DNA from: an uncultured Chitinophagales bacterium
Lineage (GTDB): Bacteria; Bacteroidota; Bacteroidia; Chitinophagales; BACL12
Assembly: GCA_964638865.1 (NCBI GenBank)
Contig: CAZXBG010000002.1
Location: 24,427-88,426 of the forward strand
Reading direction: 5' to 3'
Length of the DNA: 64,000 bases
Part shown: piece after piece, positions 20,186 through 29,425 of the stretch
Position numbering within the stretch: position 1 is the stretch's first letter
Layout: each line of letters opens with the position of its first letter
Position numbers and translations under genes: made by a program
Notes under the pieces: generated by a model
Databases searched by the model: none
What the model saw: the letters and a program-made list of their open reading frames with translations, nothing else
Told to the model about the DNA's origin: nothing

Positions 20186-20949
20186 TGGAACTCAATTATG
20201 TAAAATCAGGAGCCGGATATCCTGTAATTATTCTTCATGGATTATTCGGGATGCTAGACAACTGGAAATCTATAACAAGATCTTTAGAAGAAAAATTTAC
20301 AGTTTACCTGATCGACCAGCGCAATCATGGAAAATCTCCACACCTGCCCGAACATTCCTATCAATTAATGGCAGATGATCTTAATCACTTTTTTATTCAG
20401 CAACAAATAGCCTCTGCGCATATTATCGGACATTCCATGGGTGGAAAAACAGCCATGCAATTTGCGCTTCAACATCCTCAAAAAGTAGATAAACTTGTAG
20501 TGGTTGATATGGGAATTAAACGCTACAATGGAGGACATGATTCGATTTTTGACGCTTTGCGGGCACTTGACCTTACATCAATTCATTCCAGAAAAGATGC
20601 AGAGAAGGAAATGGCTGAAAAGGTTGTGGATATTACAGTGCAGCAATTTTTATTAAAAAATCTTACCAGAGAAACAAACGGAAATTACAGTTGGAAATTT
20701 AATTTGGAAGCTTTATCCGCCAATTACGATAACGAAATTCTTGCGCCAATAAAAATTAGTGAAAAATATTCCGGAGAAGTATTGTTTGTAAGAGGAGGGA
20801 AGTCTAATTATATTTTAAATAAGGATTGGGATACCATTCAACATGTTTTTCCAAATGCTGTTTTAAATACTGTTAAAGATTCTGGCCATTGGGTGCATGC
20901 AGAAAAACCTGAAGAATTGTTAAAAATTTTATTTGCATTTTTTTCATAG
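20185..20949 (+). CDS. Alpha/beta hydrolase (YbfF-type esterase)
   Basis: HGLFG.., GHSMGG nucleophile elbow and C-terminal GHWVH. TAATG overlap with the upstream gene. Confidence 0.8.
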   Translation: MELNYVKSGAGYPVIILHGLFGMLDNWKSITRSLEEKFTVYLIDQRNHGKSPHLPEHSYQLMADDLNHFFIQQQIASAHIIGHSMGGKTAMQFALQHPQKVDKLVVVDMGIKRYNGGHDSIFDALRALDLTSIHSRKDAEKEMAEKVVDITVQQFLLKNLTRETNGNYSWKFNLEALSANYDNEILAPIKISEKYSGEVLFVRGGKSNYILNKDWDTIQHVFPNAVLNTVKDSGHWVHAEKPEELLKILFAFFS

Positions 20950-20978
20950 TACTTGATTATTTTTGTAAAAAAAACAAT

Positions 20979-21968
20979 ATGAAAACGATCTTTACATTAT
21001 TATTGATAGCAGCAGGAGTTTTCTGCTATTCACAACCAACGATTTCTTCCTCCGTTGCCGGTGGAATCGGTGATGAATTTTCTTACACAAATGTTAACAC
21101 ATCTGATTTTGATCCGGGGCCTACGGGTGAAAATGTTACCTGGGATTTTACCGGTATTTCAACTACAGGCACAGTAGTGAGTTACACATTAGTGGACCCT
21201 TCTGTAACAGGCCAGGCCGCTGAATTTCCCGGAGCTAATGTAGCTAGTGATGATGGCACAGGGGCGTTCGGGTTTTTTAAGATAACACCTTCAGAGTACA
21301 CTTTGTATGGTGTTTATACTCCTTCAACCACTATCAGTTATAGTGACCCCGAAGAATATTGGGTTTTTCCTATGACTTATGGAACCAGTAACTCAGACAA
21401 TTTGCATGCTGAATTTTTTTCAGGGTCTGATTTTATTCGCGATGGGTCTAATGAATTTTTAGCGGATGGGTACGGAACTCTTATTTTGCCATCTGGCACC
21501 TTTACAAATGTATTAAGAGTTAAAATAGAGGAAGATTACACTGATGAAGTAGTAGGTTTGCCTTATACATACGAATATAATTTTGACCTTTATTATTGGT
21601 TTAAAGAAGGTATAATAGGGCCCGTATTTCAATATTTCGATTTAGAATATGATATTGCAGGTATACCAACCGCTACAGAATCGTACGGAATAAACAGCAA
21701 CCTGGAAATTACATCAATTGAAAATTCAATTGGCGAAGATAATTTAGATATTTACCCTAATCCGGCAACGGATTTTATTAATATAGATTCCCCGGAATCA
21801 AACCTCAATAATGCCAGCATCTTTGATATTGGAGGTAAACTAATTGGCTATCAAAATTTATCAGGAACATCAGATGCTCTTGATGTAAATGCACTTCCGG
21901 AAGGATTGTATGTTATCAGAATACTGACATCAAACGGCATATTTTCTAAAACAGTTACCATTCAATAA
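20979..21968 (+). CDS. T9SS cargo, N-terminal domain of unknown function
   Basis: Signal peptide and IYPNPATDFINI..GLYVIRI CTD. Confidence 0.7.
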   Translation: MKTIFTLLLIAAGVFCYSQPTISSSVAGGIGDEFSYTNVNTSDFDPGPTGENVTWDFTGISTTGTVVSYTLVDPSVTGQAAEFPGANVASDDGTGAFGFFKITPSEYTLYGVYTPSTTISYSDPEEYWVFPMTYGTSNSDNLHAEFFSGSDFIRDGSNEFLADGYGTLILPSGTFTNVLRVKIEEDYTDEVVGLPYTYEYNFDLYYWFKEGIIGPVFQYFDLEYDIAGIPTATESYGINSNLEITSIENSIGEDNLDIYPNPATDFINIDSPESNLNNASIFDIGGKLIGYQNLSGTSDALDVNALPEGLYVIRILTSNGIFSKTVTIQ

Positions 21969-21989
21969 TTACAAATATATTGAGGATAT

Positions 21990-22021
21990 CCGCCCGGCCT
22001 TGTGTCTGGCGGGTTTTTTTT
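21990..22021 (+). terminator. Rho-independent terminator
   Basis: CCGCC(c)G..C(t)GGCGG GC-rich stem followed by T8. Confidence 0.7.
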
Positions 22022-22237
22022 AGCCCTCCGGTAATACTTTCCGGTCTTTATTATCAAATCAGCGGCACTTTTTGGTCATCATCATTGAAATTGATGATTA
22101 TAATCACCAATTGGATTATGGTATTTTTTCAATTTTGTATTCGATAGATATTGTAAGTCTAGGGATTTCCCCATAACTGAAAATAACAGTTCACACATGA
22201 GTAGCTTTACAAATGAAAGTAGGTCAATAAAATAAAA

Positions 22238-22588
22238 ATGGAGATTCAAGGTAATAAATTAGTGGGAGAATTGCAGCAGGAATTTAACGGATATTTTCCC
22301 TTTTTGAAGATAGAATTTTATCGACAACGAAAAGTTGATGAAAAAAATAATATTGAAAAATTAAACGCGTCACAAAAATTGCAACTTGTTAACGTCTCCT
22401 CCGATAAGTTTGTGGTCAATATTGATAAAAATGACCGAATTACCTCCCTTAAGGATCAATTTAATAAATTCGGTATCGGCGTTTTGATTTTCAGAAAAGC
22501 AGGCAGAGTTTGGGTGGAAACTACCTTTACTGAAGATTGGACCCTCGACAGGCAAAATTCAGAAGGTGAATTATTCAGTAGAAAATAA
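22238..22588 (+). CDS. Small conserved hypothetical protein
   Basis: 116-aa ORF converging on the two-component pair. I recall the ..FRKAGRVWVETTFTEDWTLDRQN.. pattern from uncharacterised Bacteroidota proteins. No function known. Confidence 0.5.
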   Translation: MEIQGNKLVGELQQEFNGYFPFLKIEFYRQRKVDEKNNIEKLNASQKLQLVNVSSDKFVVNIDKNDRITSLKDQFNKFGIGVLIFRKAGRVWVETTFTEDWTLDRQNSEGELFSRK

Positions 22589-22598
22589 ACTCCTGTTT

Positions 22599-23666
22599 TT
22601 AAAAGGGCAGGTTCCTTAATTTTTTTTCGTCGAGTATATAAATTTTACCTTCCTTTATTTCAATTAATTTTTCATCTTTAAAATCGCTTAAGGTTCTTAT
22701 CAGCGATTCTTTTGCCGTGCCAACAACCCGTGCAAGATTTTCTCTTGAAATTTCTACTTTAGAATTATTGGGGTCAGATTTTTTAAAGATATTGTACACT
22801 TCCATCAAACTGGCTGCTACTCTTTTTCTCAGTGAGTTGTATGCTAAGGCTATCAGCTTTTCCTCTTTTTCCGAAATATCCTTGGTGAGCAATTTAATGA
22901 ATTGTTGAGCCACTATCATGTCGCGGTTGATGAGAGCTGTGAAATCTTCCGCAGGAATTAGCATTAGTTCAGAGTCCTCTATAAATTCAGCGTTTTCTGC
23001 ATAGGGTTTATTTTCTAAGATAGCGGTATAACCAATGAAATCTCCATTCGTAAAAATTGCATTGATCAATTCTTTACCATCTTCATTTATTAAAAAGGTT
23101 TTTACTTTACCTTTTATTACATAATAAATATTATGTGGTCTGTTGTTTTCTGAATATAGAAATTGCTTCTTTTTGTATTCTCGTATTTCACGTAGGTCAG
23201 ATGTTAATTCCAGTCCAGCCGTTTCATTTGCTAAATTGATAAACTCATTTACACCTTGGAGGTCATTTGTAAATGCAGAGCGAAGCAAATCATGTTTTTT
23301 AAATCGCACTTCTATCGCCTTTAATAATTCAATATCATCGAAGGGTTTAGTTACGTAATCATCCGCACCCATTTCCATACCCTTTCTGAAGTCGGATTTT
23401 TCAGTTTTTGCTGTGAGAAAAATAAAGGGAATATTTTTAGTTTCGTCGTTCTGTCCCAATAAATGTATTACTCCATAACCATCGAGTACGGGCATCATAA
23501 TATCACAAATTATAAGATCTGGTTTTTCCGCAAGCGCAATATCAACTCCTATTTTGCCATTTTCTGCAGAAAAAACTTTATAATTTGCGAGTTCCAGAAT
23601 CTCTGCCGTGTTTTCCCGCAGTTCAGTATTATCTTCAATTAAGAGTATCTTCTTTTTCATTTTCAA
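22599..23666 (-). CDS. Hybrid response regulator: REC + cNMP-binding-like + Crp/Fnr-type HTH
   Basis: REC motifs (LLIEDN, DLIICDIMMP, LTAK, KPF), then a CAP-effector-like beta-roll, then a C-terminal ..SRENLARVVGTAKESLIRTLSDF.. HTH. Confidence 0.85.
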   Translation of the reverse strand: MKMKKKILLIEDNTELRENTAEILELANYKVFSAENGKIGVDIALAEKPDLIICDIMMPVLDGYGVIHLLGQNDETKNIPFIFLTAKTEKSDFRKGMEMGADDYVTKPFDDIELLKAIEVRFKKHDLLRSAFTNDLQGVNEFINLANETAGLELTSDLREIREYKKKQFLYSENNRPHNIYYVIKGKVKTFLINEDGKELINAIFTNGDFIGYTAILENKPYAENAEFIEDSELMLIPAEDFTALINRDMIVAQQFIKLLTKDISEKEEKLIALAYNSLRKRVAASLMEVYNIFKKSDPNNSKVEISRENLARVVGTAKESLIRTLSDFKDEKLIEIKEGKIYILDEKKLRNLPF

Positions 23667-23675
23667 ATTTATAAT

Positions 23676-24947
23676 TTATAAATTAATATTTGGTATTTGT
23701 ATTGTAATGGTGGTTCCTTCATTCAATTTACTTACGATAGATATGTTTCCGTTCAACAATTCGAGGTATTTTGAAACAATGTGTAACCCTAAACCGGTTC
23801 CCTGGATGTTGGATGCATTTTTAGCTCTGAAAAAACGTTCAAATAAATGTTCTTGATCTTCTTCTGAAATACCAATGCCTTTATCCTTTACCACAACTGA
23901 TATTATTGAACCCTCTAATATGCATTCGACTTGAATTTCAGCATTTTCCGGAGAAAATTTAATTGCATTCGAGATCAAATTCACGAGAATATTTTTGATC
24001 AAGTTCAGATCAGTTACGATAATACCTTCACCATTATGTGTGAATATAAGTTTTTGTCCGGGTTTGCAAATTTGTTGTATATCTTCAACCAATGTTTTTA
24101 TCGCATGAATACAGTCCGGAACCTCTAAATTCTCGAACCTTGCTGTTACTAAACCGTCCTCCAGTTTTCCAAGGGAGAGAAAATCTTCCAATATGTTTTT
24201 CATGCTTCCAACTGCATCCTTGATGCGCAAAATATGCCTGTCGCGTTTTTCCTGCTCTTCGGTTTTAGTATATTTGTTGAGCAAGGAAGCAGACGATAAA
24301 ATTGTACTAAGAGGAGTTCTGAATTCATGGGAGGCCATTGTTACAAACCGAGATTTCAGATCACTCAATTCTTTTTCCTTGTCAAACGCTTCACTCAATT
24401 CCTGCCTGGAATTTTCTAGTTCCTGCAAGGTTTCCCTCAACATTTTTGTTCTGTCTTCAATCCTATTTTCTAATCCAATATTCAGGGACGTAATTTCAAT
24501 TGTTTTTTTCTCCAGTTCACTTTTTTGTGAAAGCAATAGCTCCTCATTTGCCTTCCTAACTGAAATGTCTATTATAAAAGCAATTGCAAACAACTCGTCT
24601 TGTATTTTATAATAACTCAAACTAATTTCAACGGGAAAGGTGGTACCATCCTTTTTTCTTCCATTAAGGTCCCTGTTAATACCCATTGCTCGATTATGTG
24701 GATTGGTATAAAAGGACTCGCGATGGTGTAGGTGCGAATGTTGATATTTTTCCGGAAGTAATATTTCAATCTTTTCACCTACTAATTCTTCCATTTGATA
24801 TCCGAAAAAACTGCAGGCCATAAAGTTGGCGTTTATTATTTCACCCTTACCATTGGAAATAATAATTCCAATGGTTGCAAAGTGAAATAAAGATTCAAAT
24901 TGTTGAAACGCATTTATGTTTGAATTTTTTTCGAAATTGGTATCCAT
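23676..24947 (-). CDS. PAS-domain sensor histidine kinase
   Basis: PAS (..GEIINANFMACSFFGY..), H-box MASHEFRTPL, and the N/G boxes of HATPase_c. 9-nt gap to the regulator gene. Confidence 0.9.
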   Translation of the reverse strand: MDTNFEKNSNINAFQQFESLFHFATIGIIISNGKGEIINANFMACSFFGYQMEELVGEKIEILLPEKYQHSHLHHRESFYTNPHNRAMGINRDLNGRKKDGTTFPVEISLSYYKIQDELFAIAFIIDISVRKANEELLLSQKSELEKKTIEITSLNIGLENRIEDRTKMLRETLQELENSRQELSEAFDKEKELSDLKSRFVTMASHEFRTPLSTILSSASLLNKYTKTEEQEKRDRHILRIKDAVGSMKNILEDFLSLGKLEDGLVTARFENLEVPDCIHAIKTLVEDIQQICKPGQKLIFTHNGEGIIVTDLNLIKNILVNLISNAIKFSPENAEIQVECILEGSIISVVVKDKGIGISEEDQEHLFERFFRAKNASNIQGTGLGLHIVSKYLELLNGNISIVSKLNEGTTITIQIPNINL

Positions 24948-25048
24948 TTGTTGACTATAATTTTTTGTTTTAAGTGTTTAATAATTTAATATTTATCAAC
25001 TCATGGTAAATTCTCAAATGGATAAGTGTTAATTGATCCAATAAGTAA

Positions 25049-26179
25049 TTATAAAGTACCTCTCAATTCCTGTTCTCGTTCTATTGCCTCAAATAACGCT
25101 TTGAAATTCCCCTTCCCAAAACTTTTTGCACCATGGCGCTCAATAATCTCATAAAATACAGTTGGCCTGTCTTCTACCGGTTTAGTAAATATTTGCAATA
25201 AATATCCTTCTTCATCTCGGTCGATTAAAATATTCAGCCGTTTCAGGTCTTCGAGATTTTCATCTATATGTCCAACACGGTCCAATACATCTTCATAGTA
25301 AGCTCCCGGAACCTGTAAAAATTCTACACCTCGCTTTCTCAGTTCGGATACTGTTTCCAAAATATTATCAGATGCAACTGCTATATGCTGAACACCTGCT
25401 CCTTTATAAAATTCAAGGTATTCATCTATCTGACTTTTCTTTTTTCCTTCGGCAGGTTCGTTGATAGGAAATTTAACAAATCCATTTCCGTTGGAAACTA
25501 CTTTACTCATCAATGCGGTATATTCTGTTGAAATATCTTTATCATCAAAAGTTATCAATAATTTGAAACCCATTACATCTTCATAAAATTTCACCCATTC
25601 GTTCATGCGTCCTAACTCCACATTCCCAACACAGTGATCAATATATTTTAATCCAATCGGTTGAATATTGATATTAGATTCTTTCGCTTCAAAGCCCGGC
25701 ATAAATGCTCCTGTATAATTTTTTCTTTCCACAAATTTGTGAATTGTTTCACCATAAGTATGAATTGCAGAAACCACCACTTCTCCAAATGCATCCTTCA
25801 TCACGGTTGGTTGCATCGCAGATTTTGCCCCACGTTTCACAGTCTCTTCATAACTTTTTGTGGCATCATCCACCATAAGTGCAAGCACTTTAACTCCATC
25901 TCCGTGTTTTTTTACATGCATGGATATTTCACTTTCCGGATCGAAAGAGGAGGTAAGCACGATTCGTATCTTATCCTGCTGAAGAACATAACTCGCCTTG
26001 TCGCGAACCCCGGTTTCCAATCCGGCATATGCCACTAATTTATATCCCCACGCCGACTGATAATAATACGCAGACTGCTTAGCATTTCCCACATAAAATT
26101 CAATATGGTCAGTTCCATTTAACGGAAGGAAGTCGATGGTTTCGGGGGAGGTGGTTGGTTGATAGTTTATTGTTTCCAT
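25049..26179 (-). CDS. hppD: 4-hydroxyphenylpyruvate dioxygenase
   Basis: 376 aa with two VOC modules. ..IDHCVGNVELG.., ..GVQHIA.. and ..FYEIIER.. motifs. Confidence 0.9.
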   Translation of the reverse strand: METINYQPTTSPETIDFLPLNGTDHIEFYVGNAKQSAYYYQSAWGYKLVAYAGLETGVRDKASYVLQQDKIRIVLTSSFDPESEISMHVKKHGDGVKVLALMVDDATKSYEETVKRGAKSAMQPTVMKDAFGEVVVSAIHTYGETIHKFVERKNYTGAFMPGFEAKESNINIQPIGLKYIDHCVGNVELGRMNEWVKFYEDVMGFKLLITFDDKDISTEYTALMSKVVSNGNGFVKFPINEPAEGKKKSQIDEYLEFYKGAGVQHIAVASDNILETVSELRKRGVEFLQVPGAYYEDVLDRVGHIDENLEDLKRLNILIDRDEEGYLLQIFTKPVEDRPTVFYEIIERHGAKSFGKGNFKALFEAIEREQELRGTL

Positions 26180-26191
26180 AATAATTTATTG

Positions 26192-26826
26192 ATGTACCAA
26201 TGTACCAATGAATAAATGTACCAATGAACAGCCAAAACCTTCACAACCTTGGTTTGTTTGTTTTGCTGATCAAAGGGATTTGTTTGATGATTATTTAACG
26301 ATTATTTTTTTGATGAAAATATTATTTTTCCTATTATTCTGTTTATAATTATTAATTTTTCTATTAAAAAATCGCAATCTGGATAATTTGGTGATTGTTT
26401 ACATAAACTTAACCAATAAAAAGTTTCCTCTCCTTTCTTTGCTGCGATCTTCATTTTATGAATAAAATCAGCTTTGCTCTCTGCATTTTGTGCTTCATTT
26501 GCATTTGCTCCAATTGAAGTACCCGACCCAAAAAGTTGACGCGCTAAAATATATTTTGTTTGCGATTCTAACTTTTCAGTATATTCAATAATAAGCAAAC
26601 TAAATTCAAAAGTCAGCTTTAAGATGATATTATCATCACTATAGTAATCATGCATCGTTTTTAAGGGTTTACGATAAATAAAGAAATCTACTGTATAATA
26701 TATCTAAGTTTTTTTATAAATAATTTTAAAATTTCAAATAATTTATTTCTTATTTCGTTTTTATTTCGCCAATAAATTAATTCGGCTGTTTATTGGTACA
26801 TTGGTACATTTTTATATTGGTACATT
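26192..26826 (-). mobile_element. IVS-like cassette: inverted GTACCAAT-word arms enclosing a four-helix-bundle gene
   Basis: The left arm 26192-26233 (atgtaccaatgtaccaatgaataaatgtaccaatgaacagcc) and the right arm 26784-26826 (ggctgtttattggtacattggtacatttttatattggtacatt) are imperfect reverse complements. By hand alignment about 33 of 40 positions match, with terminal AACAGCC/GGCTGTT. The cassette fills the hmgA-hppD gap exactly. Confidence 0.45.
26302..26655 (-). CDS. Four-helix-bundle protein (23S rRNA intervening-sequence protein / Avd-like family)
   Basis: 117 aa. ARQLFGSGTSIGANANEAQNAESKADFIHKMKIAAKKGEETFYWLSL is the family signature. Confidence 0.85.
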   Translation of the reverse strand: MHDYYSDDNIILKLTFEFSLLIIEYTEKLESQTKYILARQLFGSGTSIGANANEAQNAESKADFIHKMKIAAKKGEETFYWLSLCKQSPNYPDCDFLIEKLIIINRIIGKIIFSSKK

Positions 26827-27982
26827 AACTTAGCCACGACAAATAATAATCCTTATCCTCTATCCCCAGCGCTTCCTCTGTCAATTGAAGTGGACGAAAC
26901 GGATCTACCATCAATGCAAGCTCGTGGGTTTCTTTTTTGCCAATACTGCCTTCGTAAGTTCCGGGGTGCGGGCCATGTGGGATTCCACCGGGATGAAGAG
27001 TTATCATCCCTCGTTCTACATGTTTTCTACTCATAAATTCGCCGTCGACATAATAAAGAATTTCATCACTATCGATATTGCTGTGATTATATGGAGCAGG
27101 AATTGCGAGCGGATGATAATCAAACATGCGTGGAACAAAACTGCAAACAACAAAATTGCGTGCCTCAAAGGTTTGATGAACCGGAGGCGGTTGATGAACA
27201 CGTCCTGTTATCGGTTCGAAATTGTGAATAGAAAATATCCAGGGATAAACATAACCATCCCAACCAATCAGGTCAAAGGGATGGTTTGCATATTGATAGG
27301 GATAAATAATTCCCTGTTTTTTTATTTTGAAAAAGAAATCACCTTGTATATCATTGGTTACTAAATTAGTGGGCGTTTTAATATCACGTTCACAAAATGG
27401 AGAATGTTCCATCAATTGTCCTACCTTATTTAAATATCGTTTTGGAAATTCTATTGGTGAAAAAGATTCCAGTATAAATAATCTATTCTCCTCTGTATTA
27501 AAATGAATCTGATATAATGTTCCTCTTGGTATAATAATATAATCACCATATACAAATTTTAATTCCCCATACATTGTATATAACGTTCCGCTTCCTTCAT
27601 GGCAAAATATCATTTCATCAGCATCCACATTTTTATAAAAATAATCTGTCATGCTTTTTCTCGGAGCAGCAAGTGAAATGTGAAGGTCACTATTTACCAG
27701 CACGGCTTTTCTGCTTTCCAAATAATCATCTGCAGGTTTTATTTTAAATCCGTGCAGCGACCTGTGTTTTAATTGTTTGGATAAAACCACTTTTGGTTCA
27801 ACTGAATAAGCTTCCCCAACCTGTTTTATTTTTGTTGGAGGATATAAGTGATACAACAATGAATAGGTATTACTGAAACCTTCTGTTGAAAACAATTCCT
27901 CATGATATAAGGTGCCATCAGGCTTCCTGAATTGTGTATGGCGCTTTTCCGGTATTTCCCCCAATTTGTTGTAAAATGGCAT
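26825..27982 (-). CDS. hmgA: Homogentisate 1,2-dioxygenase
   Basis: MPFYNKLGEIPEKRHTQFRKPDGTLYHEELF.. and the ..HPGGIPHGPHPG.. cupin region. 385 aa, as in Bacteroidota HmgA. Confidence 0.9.
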   Translation of the reverse strand: MPFYNKLGEIPEKRHTQFRKPDGTLYHEELFSTEGFSNTYSLLYHLYPPTKIKQVGEAYSVEPKVVLSKQLKHRSLHGFKIKPADDYLESRKAVLVNSDLHISLAAPRKSMTDYFYKNVDADEMIFCHEGSGTLYTMYGELKFVYGDYIIIPRGTLYQIHFNTEENRLFILESFSPIEFPKRYLNKVGQLMEHSPFCERDIKTPTNLVTNDIQGDFFFKIKKQGIIYPYQYANHPFDLIGWDGYVYPWIFSIHNFEPITGRVHQPPPVHQTFEARNFVVCSFVPRMFDYHPLAIPAPYNHSNIDSDEILYYVDGEFMSRKHVERGMITLHPGGIPHGPHPGTYEGSIGKKETHELALMVDPFRPLQLTEEALGIEDKDYYLSWLS

Positions 27983-28026
27983 ATCTTTTATTTAAAATGA
28001 CTTACACAAAGGTACGGGAGAAATTT

Positions 28027-28055
28027 ACAAATGACAATTGATAATTGTCATTTGT
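28027..28055. promoter_or_regulatory. Perfect 13-bp-arm palindrome upstream of hmgA
   Basis: ACAAATGACAATT-gat-AATTGTCATTTGT lies 45 nt upstream of the hmgA start and about 100 nt downstream of the proline dehydrogenase stop. Confidence 0.4.
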
Positions 28056-28157
28056 TTAATCCAAATTGTCTTAATCATCACTTAATTTACATCGTAAATT
28101 GCCAAGTTTACCTTCTTCAGGCATTCCTTCTACTTCGAATATTGCTCTTCGAATCGT

Positions 28158-29381
28158 TTATATGCCTCTTCTTTTAATTTCTTTGTGTATCAAACCCAGC
28201 TCCCTGCTCATTTGCCCGCTTACGCTTTTATTTTCCTGCGCTCTTCTGATGAGGTATGGAATTACATCAGTAACAGGTCCGTATGGTAAATATTTTGTCG
28301 CATTATAACCTGCTTTTGCAAGATTATAAGTGATCTGATCGCTCATACCGTATAATTGTGAAAAGGAGATATGCGGGTGATTGTGTGGAATATTTCTTTT
28401 ATGTAATTCTTCCGCAAGGTATAAACTGCTTTTTTCGTTGTGTGTTGCAGCGCAAAGTGCAATTTTTTCAATATTGTTAAGGGAGAATTCCAAAACTGCA
28501 TCATAATCTCTGTCGGTAGACTCCTTATCGGGTTGTATTGGTGATGGATAATTCATTTCTGCCGCGCGTTTTCTTTCCTTTTCCATATAGGCTCCGCGCA
28601 CAGGTTTTAAACCCAAAATATAATTGTGATCTATAGCATCCTGCAAAGATTTTTTACAAAATTCCAGGCGATCGTGACGATACATTTGCGGCGTACTGTA
28701 AACAACAGCATTTGTTTTATTGTATTTGCGCATCAATTCAAAGGTGAGTGTATCTACTGCATCCTGTATCCAACTTTCTTCTGCATCAACAAATAAACCT
28801 ATATTAGCTTCGGCTGCAGAGTTAGCAATAGCATACATTCTGGAGTAAAGCGCTGTTTTTTCCTTTTGTTCCGATTCTGTTAATTCAGATCCATCGTTTA
28901 TTTTTTCTAAAAGACTGAAGGGTGTTAATCCGGTAACTTTACAACTCAAAAAAGGAACATTTATTTTTCCACCGGTATTTCTACTTTTAGCAAATTGAAT
29001 TATTTTAATTAATTCATTTTTTGTTTTTTCAAATTCCTCTTCAGTTTCTTTTCCTTCTACTCCATAGTCAATAATTGCACCTATATTGAATAATTCTAAA
29101 TTTTGAATCACTGGAATTGTTTTTTCCAGTGTTTCCCCTCCGCAAAACTGATCATACACAGTTCTTTTAATTGCCCATTTAAAGGGTAGGTGCAATTTTA
29201 TGGTAAGTTGAGCAAGCGAAGTTAATACAGCAGTGAGGCTAGTGTTATTCATCACTTTAAACAACCAATATTCCCATTTTAATGATGCATTGCTTTTTCC
29301 TGAAAACGCAGTTTCAGTATTATTGAAGTCCAATTTCGGAGAAGGTTCCAAATGTAGAAAATTTGTGCAAATATAATTCAA
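28158..29381 (-). CDS. Proline dehydrogenase (monofunctional)
   Basis: ..FNNTETAFSGKSNASLKWEYWLFKVM.. N-terminus and ..VYDQFCGGE.., ..DAEESWIQD.., ..FSQLYGMSD.. motifs of the PutA-type TIM barrel. Confidence 0.85.
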   Translation of the reverse strand: MNYICTNFLHLEPSPKLDFNNTETAFSGKSNASLKWEYWLFKVMNNTSLTAVLTSLAQLTIKLHLPFKWAIKRTVYDQFCGGETLEKTIPVIQNLELFNIGAIIDYGVEGKETEEEFEKTKNELIKIIQFAKSRNTGGKINVPFLSCKVTGLTPFSLLEKINDGSELTESEQKEKTALYSRMYAIANSAAEANIGLFVDAEESWIQDAVDTLTFELMRKYNKTNAVVYSTPQMYRHDRLEFCKKSLQDAIDHNYILGLKPVRGAYMEKERKRAAEMNYPSPIQPDKESTDRDYDAVLEFSLNNIEKIALCAATHNEKSSLYLAEELHKRNIPHNHPHISFSQLYGMSDQITYNLAKAGYNATKYLPYGPVTDVIPYLIRRAQENKSVSGQMSRELGLIHKEIKRRGI

Positions 29382-29425
29382 TTGCTATTGTGCTTACACC
29401 TATCTTTGACCTTAAAGAAAATTAT

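Noticed and set aside
26302-26655. The four-helix-bundle gene considered as part of a diversity-generating retroelement.
   Set aside because: No reverse transcriptase ORF and no template/variable repeat pair are visible anywhere in the window.
26885-27364. Track ORFs antisense to long recognisable genes. Examples: 26885..27364 inside hmgA, 55912..56397 inside the permease fusion, 24193..24612 inside the kinase, 34855..35262 and 35464..35763 inside the M16 peptidase, 25661..26038 inside hppD, 32077..32463 opposite dnaX.
   Set aside because: Each lies wholly within a longer ORF on the other strand that has clear family motifs. Their translations are low-complexity or Cys/Phe/Ile-rich shadow frames typical of AT-rich DNA.
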